From Mobula hypostoma (lineage: Eukaryota), in NCBI RefSeq assembly GCF_963921235.1, contig NC_086097.1, positions 58,592,001 through 58,656,000 on the forward strand: a stretch of DNA of 64,000 bases, given 5' to 3'. Below, in pieces: positions 43,901 to 52,350 of this stretch (positions are counted from its first letter, which is position 1; each line of letters starts with the position of its first letter). A program made the translations under genes and the position numbers. The notes under the pieces were generated by a model that worked only from the letters and a program-made list of their open reading frames with translations, made no database searches and was not told the origin of the DNA.

Positions 43901-46900
43901 ATGGTCTTCCTGGCTTTTTCCTGGACAGTACAACAACCTTTATTTATAAAACATATTTCCCAAGGTCCTCCAGAGGTACATTATCAAAACAAAGGTTAAC
44001 ATTAAAATATAGTGGAAGAAATTAAGGCAGTCTCCAAAGAAGGTAGCTTTAACAAGTAATTTAAAGAAGGACAGAGGAGTAGAAGAATAGAAAAATGTAG
44101 GGAGTAAATTCAAGAGCTCAGGGTAAGGGCAGCTGAAGGTACAACCACCAACAGTAGAGCTAATATACTCAGGGATGAGCAAGAGGTCAACATTGGAGGA
44201 GTGTAGACATTTCAGAAGTTTACTCAGCAGGTGGAGAAAAATAAAACTAACTAAATGGCAATATTTTAAAATAATATTGTAAACTCAAGGCATTGCTTAA
44301 TTTGGACACAGTGTAGGTCACCAAGCACAGGATGGATGAATGTGACCTGGTGTAACACAGCAACACACACAAAATGCTGGACGAACTCAGAAGATCAGGC
44401 AGCATCTACAGAGGGAAATGAATAGTTGATGCTTTGGCCCAAACTGAAAGTGGTGTAACATAGACTATAGACACTACACATTACACATATCTGTCAACTA
44501 ATGGCATGGACTTTTACACTTTAGAATACATACTGTACATGGCATTTCAGGAGTGGAAGTCAGACCCATTCACAGGTCTTGAAATGAAACATGTAACTCC
44601 AAAATGAACTTTAGTTAACATAGGACCCATACCCTAATATATAAAGAACCTATCAGCTATATAGTCCTTATAGTCCCTTGCAATCATGCTGAAGATCTAA
44701 CAAGTGAACCAGGGTTTACTACATTACTAAATAACACTCTTCTGGTAATATGTGTAGAGTCACCATTCTCTTTGCTAGATTAGTTGGAGTTGCAGCAATA
44801 ATTTTACAATTTTAATAATTAGCTTTGAACATCACCATGTCAGGAACGTTGACCAATTTCTGTACATTACTTATCTGGGATGCACCTGATGCTGACAAGG
44901 CCATCATTTAATGGCCATTCCCAAATATCCCTGAGAAAGCCCTAGTGACTCTTCATCAGAACAGAAAGGCCACTCACCTGAAATGTTGCACACACAAAAT
45001 GCTGGAGGAACTCACCAAGTCAGGCAGCATCTATGGGTTGGTGGGGGGGGGGGGATAAGCAGTTGATGTATTGAGCTGAGACCCTTCATTTGAAATCCTT
45101 CAGCATTTTGTGTGTGTTCAAGATTTACAGCATCTGCAGAATCTCTTGTGTTTATGACCTTAAATGCTAACTTTGTTTCACTTTCAGATTTCTGTTATAG
45201 AATATAGCACAGGAACAGGCCTTTTGGCTCACAGTATTGTGCTGAACTAACTAAATTGGTAATCAAATGCCTGCTGAAATAATCCCTTCTACATACACAA
45301 TATTCATGTTCTTCTAGTTCATGCGCCTGTCTAAGATCTTCTTGAATGGCCCTATCATGTTTGACTTCACAACCACCCCAGGCAGTGCTTTGCAGGCACC
45401 TACCATATAGTGTAAAAACTTGCTCTACACATCTCCTTTCAACTTACTTCCTCTCACCATAAATTCATGCCCTCTAGTGTGAGACATTTTAACCATGGGG
45501 AAAAGATACGGGCTGTCTACTCTTTCTAGGCCTCTAACAATCTTATTCAACATCTATCAGATCTCTCCTCAGTCTCTACTATGCCAGAAAAAAACAACAC
45601 AAATTTTTCAAACCTCTACATATAGCATACACCCTCTAATCCAGGCAACATCCTGGTAAACCTCTCTGTACCCTCTCCAAAGTCTCCACATCATTTCTAC
45701 TATAGGGCAAACAGAACTAACGCAATACTCCAGATGTGTTCTAACTAGAATTTTATAATATTGAAATATAGAGGCTGCAATGTTGCTTCTTGACTTTCAA
45801 TCTTAATTCCTTTATTCTTGAGTGGCCCTACTAACTCTCTTGTTATTCTCTTACTCCTGATATACATATAGAATGTTTGGGGATTCTTTTTAATCCTACT
45901 TGTCAATAATTTTTTGTTGAACTGTGACGTACATGGCAATAAACAAATCTGAATCTGAGAAGTATGTTATGTGTTACTGATATCAGGGCTGTAGAATATG
46001 CCCATCAGACTAAGCTATACCAATGGAGAGAGGAAACATTCAAATTAAACATGAGGGGTTGGTCCTCAGGCTTGCATTTGATTGTAGAGAATAAGTCAGA
46101 TTGGAAGCAGCATGGAAAATTAAAGTGGCAGGCAACACTTCTTCAGACAGGTACTCCACAAAGTGATTTGGTTTCTCCAACGTAGAGGAGGCCGCCTTGA
46201 GAACACCAAATGCGTTACATTAGCTTGGAAGAAGTGTAAGTGAACCACCGCTTCATTAACTATGGAGTCTGTTGGGGTGGAAGGTAAGGACTAGGAGAAG
46301 AGTGAAAGCAAAGATGCAGAAAATGGATGAGATGCAGTTAAGGTCTCCGCTCATTTTAGAAGAGGGGAAGCCATTTTAAAAGAAGGAAGACATTTCAGAG
46401 ATACATTTGCCTAAAGTCTCATCACAGGAACAAATGCTGCTAACCAGAATATATTCATTCTCCACATTTCTCTCAGATGACCAAATACTTTATAAAGAAG
46501 CAGACTGTCACATAACATTCTGCTGCATAAGTTATTAATCCTATTATCATATTGTTAAGACCACACATTCTTCCATTTGTACCAGCAAATCTGTAATTGA
46601 TCACTCAAATAGAACTTGCAAAAGACAAACTTTAGTATGGGGCCCATTGAAATATTAATTATCACCATGCTATACAAAATCCACTTATTATCTATCTTAT
46701 CTATCTATTGCTCACCAGCTCATGAACTCCTTCTACAATTTTTGCAAAATGTCGAACAGTACCATTTTCAAAACAAATTCCTTTGTCTTTCAGTTGTTTT
46801 TCTGGAAAGAATATACAATTTTAAAACATCATAACATTCAGATTCATTATCAATATTTCATTTAAATAAAATGGTGAGTTTCACATAAAACATACATTTT

Positions 46901-49900
46901 AAACTTTACCTCAGAGTATTGAATAAAACTATTCATTCTCCCTATACTGTATTTTCCTGTTGACATGATGCTAAAAACATATACTGTATCTTAATGGGTC
47001 CATGAGTACAAAGAAAACTATAATGGTGTGATTTGTGGAATCATCTGAATCGTATTTTTCCTGTGTTACGTACCCCGTAACTGGGTTGCCAAACCAGCAG
47101 AAATGGATCACTCAGTTGGAGTCTGGAGCACTAGAACTAAGAAAGTTTTATTAAAGAAACAAGCAACACAGTAATCGAAAGGATAATAAATGCAACAGTT
47201 CAGCGATGATAAACACACATGTGCACAGAATTAAGATAACAGCATCAATCAAGCTCTATCGTTGTCTAGGGGTAAAGGACCAAATTTCAAAATGACTCAA
47301 AGTTCAGTCCAGTTCAGTTCGCAGTAATCGTTGCCATGGCGATGGACAACGTGGGGGAAGAGAGAGATAGAACAGGAACAACTGATCATTCAGACACGGC
47401 TTCACTCACAGACCGGCGAGATTGCTCACAAGCAACTTTTGGGCGGGTCCTTGGTGATGTCACCTGAGGTCACCGACTGTGACCCCTCCTCCAGATGCGG
47501 TCGATCCTCTGCAGTGAACCCGGCACCCAGGCAAGGGCGGACACACACCAGGTTCCCGCTGATCGTATCTTTCCACCCTGGTCGTTGTCTGATACTTCTC
47601 ACCCACTCGTGAGAGGCGCACCGCTTCCAGGGTCTCGTTACCTCGGGTGGCGTGTGTGTCTGTCTTAGCGAACCCGTCCCTTTTTATCCCCCTGCTGGGG
47701 TATCGCCTGTCCATCACTTCAAACAGCTCAGGGTTCAAAGGGAGAGCCGCTCCAGACAGCTCTCTCTCTCCCACGTCCCTTCATTACACATCTCCAGACG
47801 CTGCTCCATTGTTCCTTATCTCTCCTTCCCCTGAGGGCAGGTGGCAGACCAACTGCTGATGTCACTGATGCTAACCCAGGCCAGCAAACATCTTAATTTT
47901 ATGTGTATTCTCGTAACACCTGGTGTTACAGACAAGCTTAATACCTAAATTAACCTTAGTGAAACAGATAATTCAGTCAATGTGCAAGACTGTACTGTGT
48001 ACATATTGGCCGAGCATCATTTTCCAACATTTCAAAAACAGCTTTGTTTCAAAAGAATCTAAATATCTGAAAAAATCTTCTCTTCTTAAATGTATTTCCC
48101 CTACTTTTCGAATTCTCTGTTGTGGGAATATAACTGACTCAAGTCAAATGAAATAAAAATACATAATAAACATCATGAAAGTAAGGACAGTCTTAAAACC
48201 ATATACAGGTACTCCTGTTGAATAATCAATCCACTACATACAATTTTTTTCAAGACACATCATTGAAAGGAGGGTTCATAAAAATGGGAATCTTCTGTGA
48301 GGTGTACATCATTGTCCATACATGTGGAAAGTGTGATTTAGAAGATGAGAAGCAGAGAGACAGGTGGTCATGAAGAAAGAGAGTGAGAAGGATAAGAGAA
48401 AAGGGCCACAAGAGGGAGAAGAAAAAATGAAATCTAATGTGTTAGGGAGTAAATGTGGGTAATCAGAAGGTAAGGGAAAGAGGTGGCTGAGCAAACTATG
48501 GACTGGGAAGATGGAGGAAGAACATGATTGAGAAACAGATGTGGGGGAAGTCAGGGCAGATAAGAGGGAGGGGAAAATGGGTATAACATTGGTAGATGGA
48601 GATGGAGAAGCAAGGTGGAGGTCGGGCTGAAGGGTGGGGGAGTGCAGAAAGAAGGGAGAGAGAGTGAAGTGGGTATTGGAGGAGGCAAGGATGAAAGATG
48701 AAACAAGGGATGTTGGAAGAAGAATTGGAGGGAATTAGGAGCTGACAAAAGGGGATGAGAGGTTTGCGTATGCAAGAATGAAGAAGTATTGAGAAGGAGG
48801 AAATGTGAACTGAATGTTACAATAGTAAAGAAAGGAAGAGGGAAAAAGAAGTGGGATGGCGGGCTTGATGTCTTGTTATGTCAAAGTTGTTGGTACTGTT
48901 GCTTGAATTTCCAGCATCTGCAGAGTTCCCTGTGTTTGTCTCGTTATGTATTAGGATACTATAGGTGAGTGTAATCTATTTGGTATGGTCTGTCGGAATG
49001 GGCAAATGGGGAAGATCAGAAAAATCACAGGATGTGGGAAATCAGCAAAGGGGCTGTTCAGGAGCCAGTTGAGGTTGGAATGTAATAGTTATGGGGGTGG
49101 GGACCTTTTTACGTTTGTAGACAGACAAGTGGGCAGGTAGATGAAGAATCGATAAGAGGAGTGAGAGGAGAGGTTGGGCAGAGTTCCATCTGTAAGGAAG
49201 GGAAAGAGTGAGTAATTGAGGAAATAAGGAATGAGTTGAAAGGGAAGGGGAAATGTTGACACTGGTCAGGGGTAGAGTGGGCATTTGGAAGCGAAAGTGG
49301 GCAGATATGGATGAGAGAGTAGCACAGCTAGCAGAAAGGATGCCTCCCAACTCAAATGACTTTGGTTTATTCCTGATCGCCAGTGCTGCCTGTGTGGAGT
49401 TTTCATGTTCTCCCTGTGGCTGAGTGGGATTCCCCCCCCCCCATGTATTCTGGTTTCCTCCCACATGACAAAGGCATGCAGGCTGTTTTCTTTTTGAATT
49501 GGCCAACATCCCATATTGTGTTAGTGAGCTAGTAAAATCTAGTGAGGGTTGATTATAATTGAAGGTGTGGGCTAATAATAGAGCAGGCAGGCCTGGGGTG
49601 GGGGGGCGTGAGTTGGAGCAATGGGGTGCAGATAAGTGGGAGTTTGTGCGTGGGGCAGGTTGGTGGGAGAGAAGGACTAGTTGTGGAGTGAAGGGTCCAG
49701 TAAAGGGCGTGGAGGAACGGAGAGAAGTGTGAAGTGCTGAGGAGTGATGGAGCGCATGCTAGTGGTATGAGGGTAATGGGAGCATGCTGGCGGGACGGTC
49801 TGACAGTAGCGGGAGCGTGGGGATTGGGGCAGAGAGTGAGGGTGGGACTGTGGTAATGCGGATTCATGCTGGTGGGAGAAGTGTGAGGTTGAGTCTATGT

Positions 49901-50057
49901 GAAGCGGGGATAGGAGGGGGAGGGGGACTGAGGATGGGCCCTCCACTCGTCAGTTTCTTGGAGCACGACCCGGCAACAAGCTCCCCCCTCCCTTACCCAG
50001 CTCCTGCAGCCGCTCTAGCGCGAGTTTCACGGTGCGTGGTTGCACACTCCGCTCCAT
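654..50057 (-). CDS. CCDC175: Coiled-coil domain-containing protein 175 orthologue; 15 coding exons in window, 3'-incomplete (continues left of window)
   Basis: Exons 50057-49997, 46801-46716, 43920-43809, 37661-37526, 35605-35377, 34606-34484, 33642-33533, 32438-32357, 19266-19130, 17432-17322, 15410-15339, 9326-9191, 8436-8305, 3784-3646 and 733-654 have GT donors and (internal exons) AG acceptors with compatible phases, giving 582 stop-free codons of E/K/Q/L-rich coiled coil. Segments such as [46 protein letters not shown] and [15 protein letters not shown] resemble mammalian CCDC175 as I recall it ([59 protein letters not shown]). Confidence 0.85.
1440..1870 (+). mobile_element. Old CR1-group LINE 3' remnant, containing a 23-bp tandem duplication at 1460-1505
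   Basis: TCCACCATCTACAA...AATACACTCCACTTACCTG...AAGAAGCTTGACAC...TGTGTACTATCTACAAAATGCAC; related remnants near 13160-13400 (-) and 32000-32220 (+). Confidence 0.5.
2195..2830 (-). mobile_element. Rex1/Babar-type LINE 3' fragment
   Basis: 3' tail matches 39700-39750 in reverse complement (GCTGCTGCAAAAC..CAAATTTCA); decayed RT C-terminal sequence. Confidence 0.6.
2995..3300 (+). mobile_element. tRNA-derived V-SINE (HE1-like), degraded
   Basis: tRNA-like head then V-domain-like GGGTGCTCCAGTTTCCTTCCACATCCCAAAGA. Confidence 0.55.
3646..3784 (-). CDS. CCDC175: CCDC175 exon 14 (139 nt, [46 protein letters not shown])
   Basis: Inside ORF 3593..3793; pyrimidine tract then AG acceptor, G|GTATT donor, phase 0->1. 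Confidence 0.85.
4185..4565 (+). mobile_element. CR1 LINE 3' fragment
   Basis: [17 protein letters not shown]...TRGHSLKI...[12 protein letters not shown]2 C-terminus plus 3' UTR ending CTCCTATTTCTTATGTTCT. Confidence 0.9.
4975..6400 (-). mobile_element. CR1 LINE, 5'-truncated, decayed
   Basis: RT fragments [41 protein letters not shown]1 3' tail at ~4975. Confidence 0.9.
6580..7745 (-). mobile_element. CR1 LINE, 5'-truncated, decayed
   Basis: [19 protein letters not shown]...FSQKVV; RT region to ~7745; 3' tail at ~6580. Confidence 0.9.
7750..8135 (+). mobile_element. Possible truncated LTR remnant
   Basis: Ends ...TGGCATAACA, an LTR-like terminus; composition differs from flanks; no TSD seen. 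Confidence 0.3.
8305..8436 (-). CDS. CCDC175: CCDC175 exon 13 (132 nt, [44 protein letters not shown])
   Basis: aaatcAG acceptor, GTATAG donor, phase 0->0. Confidence 0.85.
9191..9326 (-). CDS. CCDC175: CCDC175 exon 12 (136 nt, [45 protein letters not shown])
   Basis: aaatAG acceptor, GAG|GTATGG donor, phase 2->0. Confidence 0.85.
10861..10898 (+). ncRNA. Minimal type I hammerhead ribozyme motif (decayed) in Penelope pseudo-LTR
   Basis: caatt-CTGATGA-agggtcttagcct-GAAAC-ATC-aactg: core boxes intact, stem I and stem II partly paired. Confidence 0.6.
10949..10982. repeat. (TG)n microsatellite
   Basis: Perfect TG run, expanded from the Penelope 3' end. Confidence 0.95.
11050..12310 (-). mobile_element. 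Rex1/Babar-type LINE fragment (RT)
   Basis: [42 protein letters not shown]. Confidence 0.8.
12941..13023. mobile_element. hAT (Charlie-like) MITE
   Basis: TIRs CAGGGGTTCCCAAC / GTTGGGAATCCCTG; degenerate 8-bp TSD CTCTAAGC/TTCTAAGT. Confidence 0.7.
14100..14394 (-). mobile_element. tRNA-derived SINE, probably with RTE-type 3' tail
   Basis: A box TGGCCAAGTGG, B box GTTCGAGCC, followed by TGTGTCCTTGAGCAAGGCACTTAAC core. Confidence 0.75.
15339..15410 (-). CDS. CCDC175: CCDC175 exon 11 (72 nt, [23 protein letters not shown])
   Basis: tttgttcaAG acceptor, AG|GTAAG donor, phase 2->2. Confidence 0.85.
15627..15707. mobile_element. hAT MITE, same family as 12941-13023, degraded
   Basis: Right TIR GGTTGGGAATCCCT; internal TTTTTAATGCCA in reverse orientation to the other copies. 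Confidence 0.5.
17322..17432 (-). CDS. CCDC175: CCDC175 exon 10 (111 nt, [36 protein letters not shown])
   Basis: tattttAG acceptor, GTAAG donor, phase 2->2. Confidence 0.88.
17549..18151. mobile_element. Tc1-like non-autonomous DNA transposon
   Basis: TIRs CTCAGTGGCCACCTTATTAG / CTAATAAAGTGGCCACCGAGTG followed by TA. Confidence 0.7.
17926..17997. mobile_element. hAT MITE nested in the Tc1-like element
   Basis: TIRs CAGGGTTTCCCAA / TTGGGAACCCCTG; degenerate 8-bp TSD ACTTAGAT/ATTTAAAT. Confidence 0.7.
19130..19266 (-). CDS. CCDC175: CCDC175 exon 9 (137 nt, [45 protein letters not shown])
   Basis: ttttctgtAG acceptor, CG|GTGTGT donor, phase 0->2. Confidence 0.85.
19895..26046 (+). mobile_element. 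Near full-length L1 LINE (decayed ORF1, ~1.1-kb spacer, decayed ORF2, 3' UTR, A-rich tail), antisense in CCDC175 intron 8
   Basis: ORF1 coiled coil + [20 protein letters not shown]2 from 21895 SWNVRGLN (APE), [54 protein letters not shown] zinc-knuckle remnant; AATAAA and A tail ~26019-26046; 5' boundary approximate. Confidence 0.93.
27161..28028 (+). mobile_element. Penelope-like element 3' fragment with pseudo-LTR hammerhead motif
   Basis: [31 protein letters not shown] (GIY-YIG region), [13 protein letters not shown]; cagtc-CTTATGA..GAAAC..gactg at 27926-27963; CAATTACA duplicated at 27153-27160 and 28029-28036. Confidence 0.85.
28385..31960 (+). mobile_element. CR1 LINE (endonuclease to 3' tail, internal deletions) interrupted by a Rex1 insertion at 28885-30589
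   Basis: [21 protein letters not shown]; resumes (K)MQDRYVP at 30591; [29 protein letters not shown] and CR1 3' tail. Confidence 0.9.
28885..30589 (+). mobile_element. Rex1-type LINE, 5'-truncated, low decay
   Basis: [58 protein letters not shown] + (GACTAT)n tail; ACAA at both junctions (28881-28884, 30590-30593). Confidence 0.88.
32357..32438 (-). CDS. CCDC175: CCDC175 exon 8 (82 nt, [27 protein letters not shown])
   Basis: tttgaatAG acceptor, CAG|GTTGGA donor, phase 2->0 bridges exons 7 and 9. Confidence 0.8.
33533..33642 (-). CDS. CCDC175: CCDC175 exon 7 (110 nt, [36 protein letters not shown])
   Basis: tttgcAG acceptor, GTAAAA donor, phase 0->2. Confidence 0.85.
34484..34606 (-). CDS. 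CCDC175: CCDC175 exon 6 (123 nt, [41 protein letters not shown])
   Basis: tttcAG acceptor, GTAAG donor, phase 0->0. Confidence 0.9.
35377..35605 (-). CDS. CCDC175: CCDC175 exon 5 (229 nt, [35 protein letters not shown]...KESLMAK)
   Basis: Inside ORF 35299..35631; tttctcAG acceptor, GTAAAT donor, phase 2->0. Confidence 0.9.
36352..37300 (-). mobile_element. CR1 LINE 3' fragment
   Basis: [17 protein letters not shown]...RVVNLWNLL; same subfamily as the copies at 52590 and 59860. Confidence 0.9.
37526..37661 (-). CDS. CCDC175: CCDC175 exon 4 (136 nt, [45 protein letters not shown])
   Basis: ttttaAG acceptor, GTAAG donor, phase 1->2. Confidence 0.9.
37800..39760 (+). mobile_element. Rex1/Babar-type LINE, decayed
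   Basis: [49 protein letters not shown]; 3' UTR ~39550-39755. Confidence 0.85.
41012..42480 (-). mobile_element. CR1 LINE with large internal deletion
   Basis: CR1 3' tail at 41012-41230 joined to DSKSFYS..KSPGP region and endonuclease C-terminus. Confidence 0.85.
42510..42895 (+). mobile_element. CR1 LINE 3' fragment
   Basis: [31 protein letters not shown] plus 3' UTR. Confidence 0.85.
43809..43920 (-). CDS. CCDC175: CCDC175 exon 3 (112 nt, [37 protein letters not shown])
   Basis: gtccAG acceptor, GTAAG donor, phase 0->1. Confidence 0.92.
44361..44450 (-). mobile_element. Penelope pseudo-LTR-derived mini-element with TSD
   Basis: CAACACACACAAAATGCTGG... (reverse of Penelope 3' end); TGGTGTAACA(C/T)AG on both sides (44348-44360, 44451-44463). 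Confidence 0.7.
44988..45156 (-). mobile_element. Penelope-derived mini-element with inverted terminus (hairpin) and TSD
   Basis: Inverted repeat 44988-45009 / 45096-45117; flanks ACCTGAAATGTT / ACCTTAAATGCT. Confidence 0.65.
45200..45900 (-). mobile_element. CR1-group LINE fragment, old
   Basis: 3' tail ~45200; [25 protein letters not shown] at 45800-45900. Confidence 0.7.
45990..46440 (-). mobile_element. Old Penelope-like fragment
   Basis: Minus strand reads ..[25 protein letters not shown] (GIY-YIG-like). Confidence 0.55.
46716..46801 (-). CDS. CCDC175: CCDC175 exon 2 (86 nt, [29 protein letters not shown])
   Basis: tctttccAG acceptor, GTGAG donor, phase 1->0. Confidence 0.88.
47064..47918 (-). 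mobile_element. Solo LTR (855 bp), Gypsy-like, in CCDC175 intron 1
   Basis: TGTTACG...CGTAACA termini; exact CCTG TSD (47060-47063, 47919-47922); minus-strand GATAAAAAGG (~47679-47688) and AATAAA (47147-47152); CpGs retained. Confidence 0.88.
49315..49560 (+). mobile_element. V-SINE (HE1-like)
   Basis: CTGTGTGGAGTTTTCATGTTCTCCCTGTG...TGGTTTCCTCCCACA V-domain. Confidence 0.65.
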
Positions 50058-50165
50058 GGCGGCCCAGCACTCGCTCCCCGCTCCGTCCACACGCCGGGTA
50101 AACACAGCGTCTCCCTGACAACGAAGCACGCCAAGGCAACTTCCGGCAGAGACGACCCGAGGGAA
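49940..50165 (-). promoter_or_regulatory. CpG-rich promoter/first-exon region of CCDC175 with forkhead, RFX X-box and ETS motifs
   Basis: Strong local CpG cluster in otherwise CpG-poor host DNA; GTAAACA 50098-50104, GTCTCCCTGACAAC 50109-50122, GCCAAGGCAAC 50130-50140, ACTTCCGG 50139-50146. Confidence 0.7.
49997..50057 (-). CDS. CCDC175: CCDC175 coding exon 1 (61 nt, [20 protein letters not shown]+G)
   Basis: ATG in perfect Kozak context GCCGCCATGG; donor G|GTAAGG; CpG-rich surroundings. Confidence 0.88.
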
Positions 50166-51429
50166 ACTTTGCTGCTGCAGTTTATTCCAGCATCTACCTT
50201 CACAGAACTTTGGGATAATAAATCTTTTGTACACTACTCTTCACAACTATTTGAATGTACTTGAACTTAATTTCTGAATAGCAATTAGTGCTGTTAAATG
50301 CTGTAAATGCAGAATTTATTTGGGTTTAGGCAAAAGAGGGAAATTAAGACCACCTGGACGGTCTCTGAAAATATATATATTTCTTAAAAATGTTTGAGGC
50401 ATCGCTTTTTGAAGATGTCCTTGAAGCTGGCTATGTGCCCATGATGGAGCTGGCTGAGACTGGAAACCTTTGCAGCTTTTTCCGATCACTCCACACCAGA
50501 AGGTGATGCTCTCCACGATACATCTATGGAAATTGACCATAGTGGTCCATTGAGGCTGTGAAAAGCTGCACAACAGAAGAGTTCTCTATGATCTGTTCCC
50601 AGGTTTATGCATTAAGACCGAACACTACAGATTAGTACATTGCTAGGTACAGTGTTATTTTAAGGAAAACACAGAGGTTCTGTGCTGAGGTTGGGAAGGT
50701 TGTATGACAAGAGGAACTGTTACACAATGTGGTTCTGGTACTACTGTAAAATATCCCTGATCTTATTGTTCATAAAATGTATGTGATGTAATCAAATAAT
50801 GTAATTTTTGTACTGTGATTGGTGATGTATGCTTAATGAACTGAATTGAAAATTTTATGAATGAAGTATACTTTGGGGGAAATGTGGAGGAACGCACTCC
50901 TAATTTTAAGGGGGGGAAAAGTCTGCACAGAAAGAAAAAGGCATTGAGGGAGTGATGATCATCTCTAATTAACAGCACACAAATACAATGTTGCAAATTT
51001 CAAATTTCAGTTCCCTGACAAAGCAGGAACAATGGCAGCTGCATGTCAAGATTGATTAGATTCAGAGTTCAAAAATAAATACCTACAGCATGTGATGTGA
51101 TTGAACAGCTAGGTGTCACAGTAATACAATTAATATAGGTTGATGTTCTATTATCTCAATCACTTTTAATTATCTACCCTCATATGCATCCACGTGTGCA
51201 TGCTGTAAAAATTATCTATCAATTTAAATTTACAGTACATCTTTTAATATTCCCTTGGAGTTCTTCTAAACTAAAAATATTTGCTCAATGACTACTGGCT
51301 GAGGGAGAAGTAATAGGAAGGTTAATGAGTAAGAGATTCAGATTTCTCCAGAAATATTCAGAGAACTTGCAAATTGTTTGATAAATTACCCTCTAAGGTT
51401 TAAGGTATTAATGAACCCAATATGTTTCC

Positions 51430-51562
51430 ATTAGAGCAGAATTAGGTAATTCGGCCCATCAAATCTGCTCTACCATTCCATCATTGCTGATTTATTATCC
51501 CTCTCAACCCCATTCTCCTGCCTTCTCCACATAACCTTTGACACCCTGAATAATCAAGAACT
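51430..51562 (-). mobile_element. CR1 3' tail fragment
   Basis: Matches the 3' UTR at 6600-6725. Confidence 0.75.
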
Positions 51563-51732
51563 TCTGTTGTGACTGTGAATTATGCCTCTGGAGAGACACT
51601 GAAGCCAGTGATATTAAAGTCTTTATTCTGGACAAAAAGCAGGCATCATTCTCAGTAGAGGCTCAAGCTCCAAAGGTTCATCACATGTTTTATACCCTTA
51701 ACGTCAAAGGTAACAGTAGCTGATACAATGTA

Positions 51733-52350
51733 CGAGGGGTGATTGGTAAGTTCGTGGACTAAGGTAGAAGGAGTCAATTTTAGAAAACTAATGCATTTAT
51801 TTTTCAACATAGTCCCCTCCTACATGTACACACTTAGTCCAGCAGTCGTGGAGCATACGGATCCCCTCTTTGTAGAAGTGCCCCACAGCAGGGCTGATTG
51901 ATAAGTTCGCGGTGTAAGGTAGAAGGGGATGAGTTATTAATTTCAAACTTTCTGCATTATCACTCAGGGTTGAACTGCACACACATGTAACGAGGGCATC
52001 TTGGACCTCCAGGTGGTCCACAACAGGGGTGATTGATAAGTTTGATGCTTGAGGTAGAAGGAGATGAGTTATACAGCTCTTGTTACATACACGTGCAGTT
52101 CAACTCTGAGTGAAAATGCAGAAAGCTTGAAGTTAATAACTCATCTTCTTCTACCTTAGGCCATGAACTTATCAATCACCCCTGCTGTGGACCACTTCTA
52201 GAGGCCCAAGATGCCGTCTTCTACAAAGAAGGGATCCATATGCTCCACGACCGCTGGACTAAGTGTGTAAATGTAGGAAAAATAAATGTGTTAGGTTTTC
52301 TAAAACTGACTCCTTCTACCTTAGGCCATGAACATATCAATCAACCCTCG
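51733..52350. mobile_element. Mariner-derived foldback MITE (618 bp)
   Basis: TA|CGAGGGGTGATTG...CAATCAACCCTCG|TA; arms encode the mariner transposase C-terminus FYKEGIRMLHDCWTKCVHVGGDYVEK*. Confidence 0.88.

Noticed and set aside
49950..50234. 94-aa ORF extending exon 1 upstream
   Set aside because: Starts at GTG and runs through the promoter motifs; the Kozak ATG at 50057 is the better start
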